Below, piece after piece: positions 25,797-35,117 of a stretch of DNA of 64,000 nucleotides; the first letter of the stretch is position 1; each line of letters opens with the position of its first letter. The stretch is from contig JARVJZ010000003.1 in NCBI GenBank assembly GCA_029775855.1, positions 32,001-96,000 on the forward strand, in the 5' to 3' direction. The position numbers and the translations under genes are program-made. The stretch comes from Nitrososphaeria archaeon (GTDB taxonomy: Archaea > Thermoproteota > Nitrososphaeria > Nitrososphaerales > JAAOZN01). The notes under the pieces were generated by a model. That model was not told where the DNA came from, made no database searches, and saw only the letters and a program-made list of their open reading frames with translations.

Positions 25797-26843
25797 TTGG
25801 ATTCACATGTAATGGAGCTACCTCGTGTAATTCAGATAGGGTATGGGGTGATTAAAGAGGTTGGAGAGTTTCTCTCCAAATTTTCGCCGGAAAGTGTGCT
25901 TATAGTAAGTGGGCCTATTGTGTGGGCTAGGGTTAGTAAAGTCGTTGAAGACGCGTTTAAAGAGAAGGGGCTTACCTACCGATGTCTTCAAATTAACGAT
26001 TCGACTAGCAAAGAGGTTGAGGTTGCAGAGAAAACTGCTAGAGTATTCAAGGCGGATTTGATAGTAGGCTTAGGAGGCGGGCGGGCTGTAGATGTAGCAA
26101 AACTTGCTGCATATAATTGTCAATCAATGTTTGTAAGCATACCTACAAGTGCATCTCATGATGGGATAGCAAGCCCATTCGCATCTATAAAAGGTGGAAA
26201 TAGACCTTACTCATACACCACAAAGCCTCCGCTTGGCGTTCTAGCTGATGTAGATCTGATAGCACAAGCCCCGCAGAGACTTCTTGCTGCTGGCTGTGGT
26301 GATCTTATCTCTAAGATAACTGCAGTTAGGGATTGGATGCTAGCTAGAGATGAGAAACATGAATACTATGGTAATTATGCAGCAAACTTAGCGTTGATGA
26401 GTGCGGAAATCGTGTTATCAGAGGCTAAAGGTATTGGGCGTGGTAATAAAGAGTATGTTAGAGATGTTGTTGAAGCTTTGATTAGCGCTGGTGTAGCTGC
26501 CGGTATAGCTGGAAGCAGTAGACCTTGTAGCGGCGCCGAACATCTATTCAGCCACGCGTTGGATATAATTGCACCAGGCATAGGTCTTCACGGCGAAAAA
26601 TGTGGCCTAGGCGCTATTATGATGGCCAAGCTGCATAATTTAGATTGGGTTAAGTTAAGAAGCGCGCTCTACGATGTTAACGCGCCGGTGAATGCTTTAA
26701 AGATTGGGCTTGATGCAGATCAAGTTGCGAAGGCTCTTGTTTTAGCACCAGACATTAGACCAGAAAGGTACACCATTTTGCATAAGCTACGGTTAAGCTT
26801 TGAGGAAGCCAAAATGCTCGCTAGAGAGGTTGGTGTGGTCTAA
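25797..26843 (+). CDS. egsA: NAD(P)-dependent glycerol-1-phosphate dehydrogenase
   Basis: GLGGGRAVDVAK, PTSASHDGIASP, SSRPCSGAEHLFSHALD and LHGE. Confidence 0.95.
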   Translation: MDSHVMELPRVIQIGYGVIKEVGEFLSKFSPESVLIVSGPIVWARVSKVVEDAFKEKGLTYRCLQINDSTSKEVEVAEKTARVFKADLIVGLGGGRAVDVAKLAAYNCQSMFVSIPTSASHDGIASPFASIKGGNRPYSYTTKPPLGVLADVDLIAQAPQRLLAAGCGDLISKITAVRDWMLARDEKHEYYGNYAANLALMSAEIVLSEAKGIGRGNKEYVRDVVEALISAGVAAGIAGSSRPCSGAEHLFSHALDIIAPGIGLHGEKCGLGAIMMAKLHNLDWVKLRSALYDVNAPVNALKIGLDADQVAKALVLAPDIRPERYTILHKLRLSFEEAKMLAREVGVV

Positions 26844-26854
26844 CCTTCTTCTTT

Positions 26855-27604
26855 CTAATGGTCTTCGGTCTTCTGAGACTCTATCTTTTTGACTTCTTGT
26901 TGCGGCTTCTCTTCCTTCTTCTTTTCCGCTTGATATTCTTCTATAAACACAACTTTTTCTACGCCAGATACGTATTTGAAGATGTCTCTTGAAATGCCTC
27001 TTTTGCTTATCTGCAAGCCTTCGAACAAATAGGTTTCCTCAGGCAGCTGTATTTTTACTATATTTCCTTCAATCGCAAAGGAAATCTTCTTCTCATCTAT
27101 GTTGAGCCAGCGTCTAATGAGATATAGTATTTTTTCTGCTGGTTCTTCAAGTTTCTTCACTACTTCTATGGTGTAGGTTAGCACTTTTCCGGCTAAGCGG
27201 TGGTTAAAGTCTACTTGCACTCGACCTGACCCTACAAACCTTACTACGCCAACCCTCCCTTCAACTTCTACCTCATCGCCGACTGCTATTTCGTGAGCTT
27301 TTTCACCGAACTTTCTTAGCGGAATGAGCTTGATCTTACTGGCGTCTCTCTGCCCAAAAGCCTTTTCCGGCGGGATGTCGATGTTGACCTTCTCTCCTAC
27401 TGATGCTTGTTTGAGCGCGTCGTCTAAGCCGGGTATAACCCAGCCTTCTCCTACTGAGACTAGCCGCGGCTCATATCTTCTGGATGGGTCGTATATGCCT
27501 AGAGCCTTAGCCTCTTCTTCTACTGTTGTCTCTAAGGGTTCGTTTGTATCTTTTACTTTACCGGTTAAATTAACCAGCACCAAAGTTCCTGTTTCGAGCG
27601 CCAA
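26855..27604 (-). CDS. long-type FKBP peptidyl-prolyl isomerase
   Basis: VGEGWVIPGLDDAL, PPEKAFG and VDFNHRLAGK. Confidence 0.92.
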   Translation of the reverse strand: MALETGTLVLVNLTGKVKDTNEPLETTVEEEAKALGIYDPSRRYEPRLVSVGEGWVIPGLDDALKQASVGEKVNIDIPPEKAFGQRDASKIKLIPLRKFGEKAHEIAVGDEVEVEGRVGVVRFVGSGRVQVDFNHRLAGKVLTYTIEVVKKLEEPAEKILYLIRRWLNIDEKKISFAIEGNIVKIQLPEETYLFEGLQISKRGISRDIFKYVSGVEKVVFIEEYQAEKKKEEKPQQEVKKIESQKTEDH

Positions 27605-27703
27605 CTTAGAGCACAGATACGCCATCAAAGACTCTGCTAAAATACTTGTCGCTAACTATGCCGGATACTAGATGCTGGATGACGAATGTCGAAGGTGCGT
27701 TAC

Positions 27704-28855
27704 CTAGTTTAATTGTGAGAGTACTTTGAGAGCTTCATCTAAAGCAGCTGCGGTGCTGTTCTGGTATCCCAGCTGGTTGAGTGCGGCTGAGACTGCTGTA
27801 ACGGTAGTCAAGACGTGCGGTGTGTTTACTTCACCCATGCAGCCTATTCTAAAGACTTTACCTCTGAATTCTCCGAAGCCTCCTGCTACTAGCACATCAA
27901 ATTTGTCGTCAAGTAGCTTTCTGAACTTTGCATCTTCTATGCCAGTGGGATAATTGAACGCTAATACCACGTTAGACCTTACATCTTCTTTTGCGGTTGG
28001 TTTAAGGTTTATTGCTGAAAGTGATCTGTAGAATGCTTCTGAGCAGATCTTGTGTCTTCTTATGCGGTTATCTAAACCCTCCTCTAAGAGCATTGTTAAT
28101 GCTTCATCTAGAGCGTAAAAGAGTGGTAGGGCTGGTGTAAATGGTGTTTCTCCTCTTTCAGCGAATTTAAAGTATCTAGGCATATTGAAGTAGTGTCTTG
28201 GCGGCGGCGGATTACTCTCTAGATACTTCTTGACCTTATTACTTACCGAAACTATAACGACACCAGGTGGGGCAGCTAGGCACTTTTGGCTACCAGCTAT
28301 GCAAATATCGACACCTAACTCATCAACTGGAAGCTCATCTCCACCCAGTATGGAGATCGCATCAACGATATAGAAGGCGCCTAGATCTGAGGCTAGCTTA
28401 CCTAATTCTTTGAGCCACCTAAACGTGACTCCAGTTGAAGTCTCGTTATACACCACAAAAACAGCTTTGATATCTTTGTTAGCTTCTGCTAAAGCACGAA
28501 TCTTATCCATTCTCGGTGCATCGCCAAGAGGTGCATCTGCAACAATAGCTTTACCGCCTGCAGCTTCAACTTGCTCTGCGGCTCTCTGCCCGAATTCACC
28601 AAATACGGTGACGAGCACTTTATCCCCTGGTCTGACTATGTTTGTTACAGCAGCTTCTACGCCACCTGAGCCTGATGCCGTGAAGACTATTATGTCGCTT
28701 TTTGTTAGAAAGACTTTCTGGCATTTTTCGATTATACCTTTATAGAGCTGTGTGAAGGCTGGACTTCTGTGGTTTATTATCGGTTTAACCATGGCTAGCA
28801 TAACTCTTTCAGGCACATTTGTTGGACCTGGTATCATGACAAGTTTCTTTCGCAT
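27704..28855 (-). CDS. class V aminotransferase (serine-pyruvate/alanine-glyoxylate type)
   Basis: MIPGPT, NETSTGV, VDAIS, GSQKCLAAPPG and FRIGCMG. Confidence 0.9.
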   Translation of the reverse strand: MRKKLVMIPGPTNVPERVMLAMVKPIINHRSPAFTQLYKGIIEKCQKVFLTKSDIIVFTASGSGGVEAAVTNIVRPGDKVLVTVFGEFGQRAAEQVEAAGGKAIVADAPLGDAPRMDKIRALAEANKDIKAVFVVYNETSTGVTFRWLKELGKLASDLGAFYIVDAISILGGDELPVDELGVDICIAGSQKCLAAPPGVVIVSVSNKVKKYLESNPPPPRHYFNMPRYFKFAERGETPFTPALPLFYALDEALTMLLEEGLDNRIRRHKICSEAFYRSLSAINLKPTAKEDVRSNVVLAFNYPTGIEDAKFRKLLDDKFDVLVAGGFGEFRGKVFRIGCMGEVNTPHVLTTVTAVSAALNQLGYQNSTAAALDEALKVLSQLN

Positions 28856-28958
28856 ATTTCGAAGAATGTTTATGATAGATATAAGCTTTAATGTGTTATA
28901 TTTGACAATCGTCAAATATTCTTTGGATTATATTTGTTTTCTATCGGCGTTTACTTGA

Positions 28959-29477
28959 TTATTTTTTATCGCTTAGTTGCCTAAGCCTCTCCACCCCTTT
29001 TATCTCAGAGATTATCACAGCAACGGCTCTTGGGACAAGTTCTTCCCACGCTTCTCCACTTAACATTCTCCGCCTCACTTCAGTAGCAGAGTAGGTAGAG
29101 CGCTCATGGAACGGTATATCTAGCACCTCTACATTCTCTTCTTGAAAAAGTCTTCTTGTTAACGGGTCGTTAGAGAAGACTACATCGAACTTAGGTACCA
29201 TAGATTTAACCGAAGCAACCCAAAGTGAATGTGCTGAAGCATCAGGTAGGGGTATAATCATCACCCTTCTGCAATCTATGCTTGCTTCTTCTAATGCAGC
29301 CTTTATCATACGAATTCTCTCCCCGGCTGTAAATGGGTTATCTGTTTGATGGCTCTTCTCCGCCGAACCTACAATGATATACAAAGTGGCAACCTTCCCA
29401 AGAGCGTATTTCACAGCAAAGAGGTGCCCGAGATGAAATGGTTGAAAACGTCCTATCAAGAGACCGCTGTGCCACAT
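28959..29477 (-). CDS. nadM: nicotinamide-nucleotide adenylyltransferase
   Basis: GRFQPFHLGH, NPFTAGER and SATEVR. Confidence 0.95.
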   Translation of the reverse strand: MWHSGLLIGRFQPFHLGHLFAVKYALGKVATLYIIVGSAEKSHQTDNPFTAGERIRMIKAALEEASIDCRRVMIIPLPDASAHSLWVASVKSMVPKFDVVFSNDPLTRRLFQEENVEVLDIPFHERSTYSATEVRRRMLSGEAWEELVPRAVAVIISEIKGVERLRQLSDKK

Positions 29478-29538
29478 ACCCGCCTCTTTAGAAGAGGGAG
29501 AATTATTTAAACACCTAACTAGAGTTAGAGAAGACGCT

Positions 29539-30597
29539 TTGAGCGAAGTTACAATCGATGGGTCCTATGGCGAAGGGGGAGGGCAGATACTCAGAACAGC
29601 GGTAGCCCTATCTGCCATAATAGGTAAGCCTGTAAAGGTCGTTAGGATTAGGGCTGGTAGACCTAATCCTGGTCTTAGACCTCAGCACGTCGGCACTATA
29701 AGAATCATAGCTTCCATGTGTGATGCAGAAGTAGATGGTCTTGCTGTAGGTTCGGATACGATAATCTTTAAACCTAAGAATCTTGTCGCCAGGAGCGTAA
29801 GATATGATATTGGGTCTGCTGGCGCTATAACTCTTTTACTGCAAGTCGCGGTTATAGTTGCTGCTAAAGTTGGACAGAGGTGCAGTTTTGAAATTGTAGG
29901 CGGCACAGACGTTAAGTGGAGCCCAACTATAGACTACTTTAACCAAGTCTACATCAGAGCGTTGAAAGCGCTAGGAATTAATGTGAAGCTGAGTGTAGAA
30001 AGGCGTGGCTACTACCCTAAAGGAGGCGGGTTAGTTAAAGTTGAAGTTGAGCCAACTAAGAGCATAAAGCCCATAACGCTGCTGGAGCATACACCAAACC
30101 CTATAAACATAATCAGTGTATGTTCACAACTGCCCTTTGAAGTAGCTAAAAGACAGCTCAACGCAGCCTTAACCACGCTTCAGCGGCATAAAGTTGAGAT
30201 AGGTGAAGTTAGACCCACATTAGAACAGTCTTTCGGCGCTGGAACATCTATAACGATCTATAGTGTAGATGAAGACAAAGGAACTTACGTGGGTGCAGAC
30301 GCTGTTGGTGAAAAAGGTAAGCCAGCCGAACTTGTGGGTAAGGAAGCTGCAGAGAAGTTTCTGGTCGAATGGTCTGCAAATACACCAGTAGATTCTCATC
30401 TTGCAGATATGCTTGTGCTACCTCTGTGTTTAGCAGATGATGTGTCAACATACAAGACACCTAAGCTTACGCAGCATCTTGAAACCAACTTATATGTTGT
30501 AAGTAGAATAACTGGATGCAACTATGAGCTAAAAAGGCGTAGTTCTGAGGCTGTTGAAGTCAAGATTACACCAAAAATGTATTGGCGAGCGGTTTAA
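29539..30597 (+). CDS. rtcA: RNA 3'-terminal phosphate cyclase
   Basis: DGSYGEGGGQILR, PGLRPQH, GGTDVKWSP, RGYYPKGGG and DSHLAD. Confidence 0.95.
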   Translation: MSEVTIDGSYGEGGGQILRTAVALSAIIGKPVKVVRIRAGRPNPGLRPQHVGTIRIIASMCDAEVDGLAVGSDTIIFKPKNLVARSVRYDIGSAGAITLLLQVAVIVAAKVGQRCSFEIVGGTDVKWSPTIDYFNQVYIRALKALGINVKLSVERRGYYPKGGGLVKVEVEPTKSIKPITLLEHTPNPINIISVCSQLPFEVAKRQLNAALTTLQRHKVEIGEVRPTLEQSFGAGTSITIYSVDEDKGTYVGADAVGEKGKPAELVGKEAAEKFLVEWSANTPVDSHLADMLVLPLCLADDVSTYKTPKLTQHLETNLYVVSRITGCNYELKRRSSEAVEVKITPKMYWRAV

Positions 30598-30640
30598 ATA
30601 ACATTAGTATTTTAAGGAAGGTTAAAACTAGTGGTAGCGT

Positions 30641-32272
30641 TTGAAAAGTCTAATTCTCCAAACACGAACATTCAGCCTACCTATACTTTACTTAGTGACC
30701 TTCATTACACGCGTTGGCTTTGGAGCCATTGTGATAGCATTCCCCCATTATGTGATTGCAGATAGCTTTATGACTGGCGTAGTGCTTTCGATCTACCCTA
30801 TCTTTGAGGCGCTTTCAGCAGCTCCTGTTGGTATGTATGTTGATAGGAGAGGTCGCAAGAATATGTTATTCTTTGGGTTAATGAGCATAGCAATTTTAAC
30901 CTTCTTGATTGGTTTATCGAGGGACGTGCTTTACATCACTGTGGTGCATGGTTTAATGGGTATCTCAGCGGCTGCGGTAATAGTATCAACCCTCACTATG
31001 ATTACAGACCTTACAAAGATAAGCGATAGAGGAGTAGGGATGGGCGTATTTGACCTAGCAAACATAGCGGGCTACGCTGGAGGGATACTTATAGGCACTT
31101 GGCTCTACACAACATTCGAAACTAATCCAAGCTATGTATTCTTCTCAGTAGCTGCTCTTCTATTAGCAGTAGTTATCTTAGTAAAGGTGTTAGTAACTGA
31201 GCCGCCTCACGAAACCTTGAGAGCACCGCTTACATTCAACTTCTTTAAGGCGCTCAGCTGGAAGATAAAGGCTCTTCTACCCTTATGGTTCGCACTTACA
31301 ACCTTAGTTGGAATAGCTTTCTTCATACCAAAAGCTCTAACCTTAGGCGGCTACACAATCACCGAATCTGGACTACTATTATTTGCTGGAGCAGTAGGCA
31401 TGGGAATTGGAGCAGCATTTTTCGGTAGGCTCTCTGATAAGATTGGAAGAGAGAAGACTATGTGGATAGGAATAGCTGGCATGCTTATGCTGCTTCCATC
31501 ATTAGCTCTATCACTATCACCAGATACCAACCCCAGCTACCCCAACTTTGGAACATATCTTTATGCCATTGCGCCCTCAGCGCTTCTAACCTCAGCTCTA
31601 GTCCCCTCTATCTTGGCTCTAGTAGGCGATACAGCACGCTCAACCTTACGCGGCTCTGCTATGGGACTCTACAGCATAATGCTCAGCATAGGAATAGCTG
31701 CCGGCAACTTGATCGGAGGCATATCTGGACAAATAGGTGGACTGCCAACAATACTTTATGCTGCAGAAGGTGTCTTTATATCAGCAGTCATCATCTCACT
31801 TCTACTAAGCCGATTAACAAATAAAAGAGAACTGGGAGTCAACACAGATCCAAAGACAATACCCAAAATACTAACACTGAGCTACTGGATGAGGTTCATA
31901 AAATTCAACATAGTCGGATTAACCGGAGTCTTTGTCAACCAAGGACTACTAATCCTTTTAACCACCTTAGGCTTATACTACCTCTACTCAGCCATCATAG
32001 CGGTCGAAACATCCATCATATCAAACTTTCTGCTAAACGACCTCTGGACATTCAAAGACCGAAGATCTGGGCATATATTGAAGAGGTTAGTTAAGTTCAA
32101 CGTATTGATGCTTGTAGGTTTAGTTATAAACCTCTTTGTCCTCTACACATTAACAGATTTAGTGTCCTTGCATTACGGCATATCTAACCTCTTTGGTATA
32201 GGCGTAGCTTCTATAGCCAGATATTTAATGAGTATTAAATGGGCTTGGCTTCAGCCCCAAAGGAGAGTTTAA
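30641..32272 (+). CDS. MFS transporter fused to a C-terminal GtrA-like (polyprenyl-P-sugar flippase) domain
   Basis: MFS motif A twice (GMYVDRRGRK, GRLSDKIGRE), then RFIKFNIVGLTGVFVN...SIISNFLLNDLWTFKD. Confidence 0.8.
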   Translation: MKSLILQTRTFSLPILYLVTFITRVGFGAIVIAFPHYVIADSFMTGVVLSIYPIFEALSAAPVGMYVDRRGRKNMLFFGLMSIAILTFLIGLSRDVLYITVVHGLMGISAAAVIVSTLTMITDLTKISDRGVGMGVFDLANIAGYAGGILIGTWLYTTFETNPSYVFFSVAALLLAVVILVKVLVTEPPHETLRAPLTFNFFKALSWKIKALLPLWFALTTLVGIAFFIPKALTLGGYTITESGLLLFAGAVGMGIGAAFFGRLSDKIGREKTMWIGIAGMLMLLPSLALSLSPDTNPSYPNFGTYLYAIAPSALLTSALVPSILALVGDTARSTLRGSAMGLYSIMLSIGIAAGNLIGGISGQIGGLPTILYAAEGVFISAVIISLLLSRLTNKRELGVNTDPKTIPKILTLSYWMRFIKFNIVGLTGVFVNQGLLILLTTLGLYYLYSAIIAVETSIISNFLLNDLWTFKDRRSGHILKRLVKFNVLMLVGLVINLFVLYTLTDLVSLHYGISNLFGIGVASIARYLMSIKWAWLQPQRRV

Positions 32273-32444
32273 TCAAAATTTAAAAATATTTTCTGACTCA
32301 CATTTAAAAATGAAATTTTTATATTTTAATTTAAGGTTCTCTGCTTTATATTTGTTTTGTCATAAATTGTAGAGTTTCTTTACATCTAGTCTAATTTAAT
32401 GCACCTATCTGTTAATATTAGGAATAGCGGAAATAGTAAGCGCT

Positions 32445-32567
32445 ATGTTGTGTTATGTTTGCGGCAGTATAGTGTATACTTCTAGTGGAGTCTGCTGGAT
32501 CTGCTCTGCTTCTGACAACCTCGCTTTACATGTTGATAGATTAAGACTAGCTGCCATAAGCACGTAA
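32445..32567 (+). CDS. unannotated 40-aa CxxC-x10-CxxC zinc-finger microprotein
   Basis: MLCYVCGSIVYTSSGVCWICSASDNLALHVDRLRLAAIST; TTAATATT about 26 nt upstream of the ATG. Confidence 0.55.
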   Translation: MLCYVCGSIVYTSSGVCWICSASDNLALHVDRLRLAAIST

Positions 32568-32642
32568 GTATAAGCGCCTAAGACAAAGTCTCCTTCTCTT
32601 TGCAGCAGACCGTAACTTAAATTAATCCGGTTAACGATAGCT

Positions 32643-33254
32643 TTGATGATAAGCATGTTTAACGAAGCTTGGATGCCCGGAGCTACTGCTGTCGGAGTAA
32701 CCTTTAGAGATGGAGTCATTTTAGGAGCAGAGAAGAGACTTACCTACGGCACACACGTAGTAAGCCGAAGCGGAAAGAAGGTGTTTAAGATAAGTAGAAC
32801 AGTAGGTGCAGCATGCGCAGGTCTAGTAGCAGATATGCAGATCTTAGTCAGAGAAATCTCCGCATACATATATCTCCGTGAAATCGAGCTCAATAGAACA
32901 CTACCACCAAATTCAGTAGCTAAGCTTATGTCTGTACTGATGTTCGAGCGTAGATGGGCACCCTTACTGACACAGGTTGTGATAGGTGGTGTTGATGACA
33001 CACCATCTATATATGTGCTTGATCCTTTAGGCTCAGTTATACCAGATGATTACGCTACAGTAGGAACAGGTGCTGAAATGGCGATAGGTGTGTTAGAGAG
33101 TGAGTACCGCAAGGATTTAAGTGAAGAAGAGGCTAAGTCGCTTGTAGTCAAAGCCATAAAATCCGCGATGCAACGTGATGCTGCAAGCGGTGATGGCATA
33201 GATCTACTGATAATAACCAAGAGCGGCATGAAAGAAGAAACCATTAAACTTTAA
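32643..33254 (+). CDS. psmB: proteasome beta subunit, probably the non-catalytic paralog
   Basis: GATAVG (Ala at the Thr1 position), GAEKR, GTGAEMA and RDAASGDG. Confidence 0.93.
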   Translation: MMISMFNEAWMPGATAVGVTFRDGVILGAEKRLTYGTHVVSRSGKKVFKISRTVGAACAGLVADMQILVREISAYIYLREIELNRTLPPNSVAKLMSVLMFERRWAPLLTQVVIGGVDDTPSIYVLDPLGSVIPDDYATVGTGAEMAIGVLESEYRKDLSEEEAKSLVVKAIKSAMQRDAASGDGIDLLIITKSGMKEETIKL

Positions 33255-33288
33255 CAATATCTTCTTGCATAAGGTTGAATAAAATATA

Positions 33289-34269
33289 ATGCAGCCCCCA
33301 CAGAGCATCGTAAACGAGAGAATACCTGCAGAGCTAAAGCAGGTATTAAAGAAGCAAGGTTATCATATAGTAGGTACACATTCAGCAACTAAAAAGTGCA
33401 GATGGCTGCACAACAGCCTAGTGTACAATCGCCCCTGTTACAAAGAGAAGTTCTATGGAATAAGCTCACATAGATGCCTTCAAGCGTCGCCAGCAATTCT
33501 GAGCTGCTTGACCAGATGTGTTCACTGTTGGCGCCTTATGCCTGGGGACGAGGGTTATAGCTGGAGCGACACCTTTGGAAACATTTGGGATGAACCTGAA
33601 TTTGTTGCAGAAGGGTTGATACGTGAGCATAAGAGAATTGTATGCGGATACGGTGCGTTAGTCAAAGAAGGAAGGGTTGAAAAGAAACGCTTAGAAGAAG
33701 CGCTAGAACCAACTAATATAGCCCTATCGCTTTCTGGTGAACCCACAATATACCCTCATCTTGCAGAATTAATACAAGAATTTAAGAAGAGGGGAATGAC
33801 TGTCTTCTTAGTCACTTCAGGAGTTCTTCCAAGAGCCTTAAAGAAGATTGCAGATTCAGAGTTCAAACCCACGCAGCTTTATATCTCGCTTACTGGCTGG
33901 GATGCTGAATCATATCAAACCTTAAACCGACCCATAGATGAGAAACTTTGGAGCGCTCTCCAGCAGAGCCTAGAAATAATGACTACACTAACCTGCCCCA
34001 CTGTATTCAGAGTAACCGTTATCCACGGATTAAATGATGGCGGAGAAGCTGTTAAAGGTTTTTCCAAGATGATAGCAAAATATCAGCCAACATATGTAGA
34101 GGCTAAAGCATATATGCACGTAGGCTACTCTACAAAAAGGTTAAAGCGAGCTAACATGCCTACATACAGCCAAGTCAAAACCCTAGCTGAAGCGCTCCAC
34201 AAACAAACGGGATACCAAATAGCAAATGAAGAGGCAGACAGCAGAGTGATCCTACTTAAAAAGAAATAA
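33289..34269 (+). CDS. taw1: 4-demethylwyosine synthase (radical SAM)
   Basis: HSATKKCRW, CYKEKFYGISSHRC, CLTRCVHCWR, SLSGEPTIYP and EAKAYMHVG. Confidence 0.93.
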   Translation: MQPPQSIVNERIPAELKQVLKKQGYHIVGTHSATKKCRWLHNSLVYNRPCYKEKFYGISSHRCLQASPAILSCLTRCVHCWRLMPGDEGYSWSDTFGNIWDEPEFVAEGLIREHKRIVCGYGALVKEGRVEKKRLEEALEPTNIALSLSGEPTIYPHLAELIQEFKKRGMTVFLVTSGVLPRALKKIADSEFKPTQLYISLTGWDAESYQTLNRPIDEKLWSALQQSLEIMTTLTCPTVFRVTVIHGLNDGGEAVKGFSKMIAKYQPTYVEAKAYMHVGYSTKRLKRANMPTYSQVKTLAEALHKQTGYQIANEEADSRVILLKKK

Positions 34270-34318
34270 ATCTATAGCATAAACCCATTAATCACCTAAA
34301 GAGCTAGGTAGAGGAAAG

Positions 34319-34756
34319 ATGGCTGAAGAATGCACGTTTTGCAGAATAATACAAAGAGTCGAAGAGGGAGTAGTAGTCTACGAGGATGACGAGCATCTAA
34401 TTCTTATGGATAAACATCCATACAACCCCGGACATAACCTAGTCATACCTAAAAAGCATTACAAAACTTTACTCGAAATGCCTAAATCAGAAGCTGGTAA
34501 GTTATTCGAAAAGGTCTGGTTAATCGCTAAAGCTACGGTAAAAGCTTTAGATGCAGATGGTATTCATATAGGGCAAAATAACGGGAGGGCAGCACGCCAA
34601 GTCATAGATCACGTGCACGTGCATATAATACCGAGATTCTACGAAGATGAGCAGAACGGCAGATGGCCGTCCAGAAAAACTATACCACTGGAGGAATCGA
34701 GGAAATTAGCGGATATGATAAGGCAGCAGATTTTACACTTTAAAGAAGAATGTTAA
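34319..34756 (+). CDS. HIT family nucleotide hydrolase
   Basis: CTFC, PGHNLVIPK and NGRAARQVIDHVHVHIIPR. Confidence 0.92.
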   Translation: MAEECTFCRIIQRVEEGVVVYEDDEHLILMDKHPYNPGHNLVIPKKHYKTLLEMPKSEAGKLFEKVWLIAKATVKALDADGIHIGQNNGRAARQVIDHVHVHIIPRFYEDEQNGRWPSRKTIPLEESRKLADMIRQQILHFKEEC

Positions 34757-34962
34757 GTTTTCTTACTGAGTTTTTTTAAAGCGTCTTGTACTCGTTCATT
34801 AGGCTTAACTAAGCCTTCAGTAAGAGCCCACATCCAAAACTCTAGGATTCGTTTTCTCATCTTTGAGTATTGTGGGTAGAGCCCTTTTTCTTCGATTGCT
34901 GCGATATCCCTCAAATATTCCTCAACTGTTCTGTTGTCCTCTTCTTCTTTTTGCAGCGCCAA
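34753..34962 (-). CDS. small hypothetical protein
   Basis: 69-aa ORF with TTG start, overlapping the HIT stop and divergent from the AAA gene. Confidence 0.6.
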   Translation of the reverse strand: MALQKEEEDNRTVEEYLRDIAAIEEKGLYPQYSKMRKRILEFWMWALTEGLVKPNERVQDALKKLSKKT

Positions 34963-35117
34963 TTAACCTAGCCCTCTTTTTTTATACTTCACTTTCTTCT
35001 ATCACCATTTTTAGGTTGGGTGTCTAATAAGTTTGACTACCATGCTGTATCGATATTAGATATGGTCTACTAACTCTTTAAGGTTAAATAAGTAGTTAGA
35101 GTAGTTACTGTTAGCGT

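Noticed and set aside
32273-32440. Very AT-rich tract as a candidate replication origin
   Set aside because: No repeated ORB-like boxes or adjacent cdc6 are visible; it is more simply terminator/promoter sequence.
32453-32719. 88-aa minus-strand ORF
   Set aside because: It is antisense to psmB and to the better-supported zinc-finger ORF.
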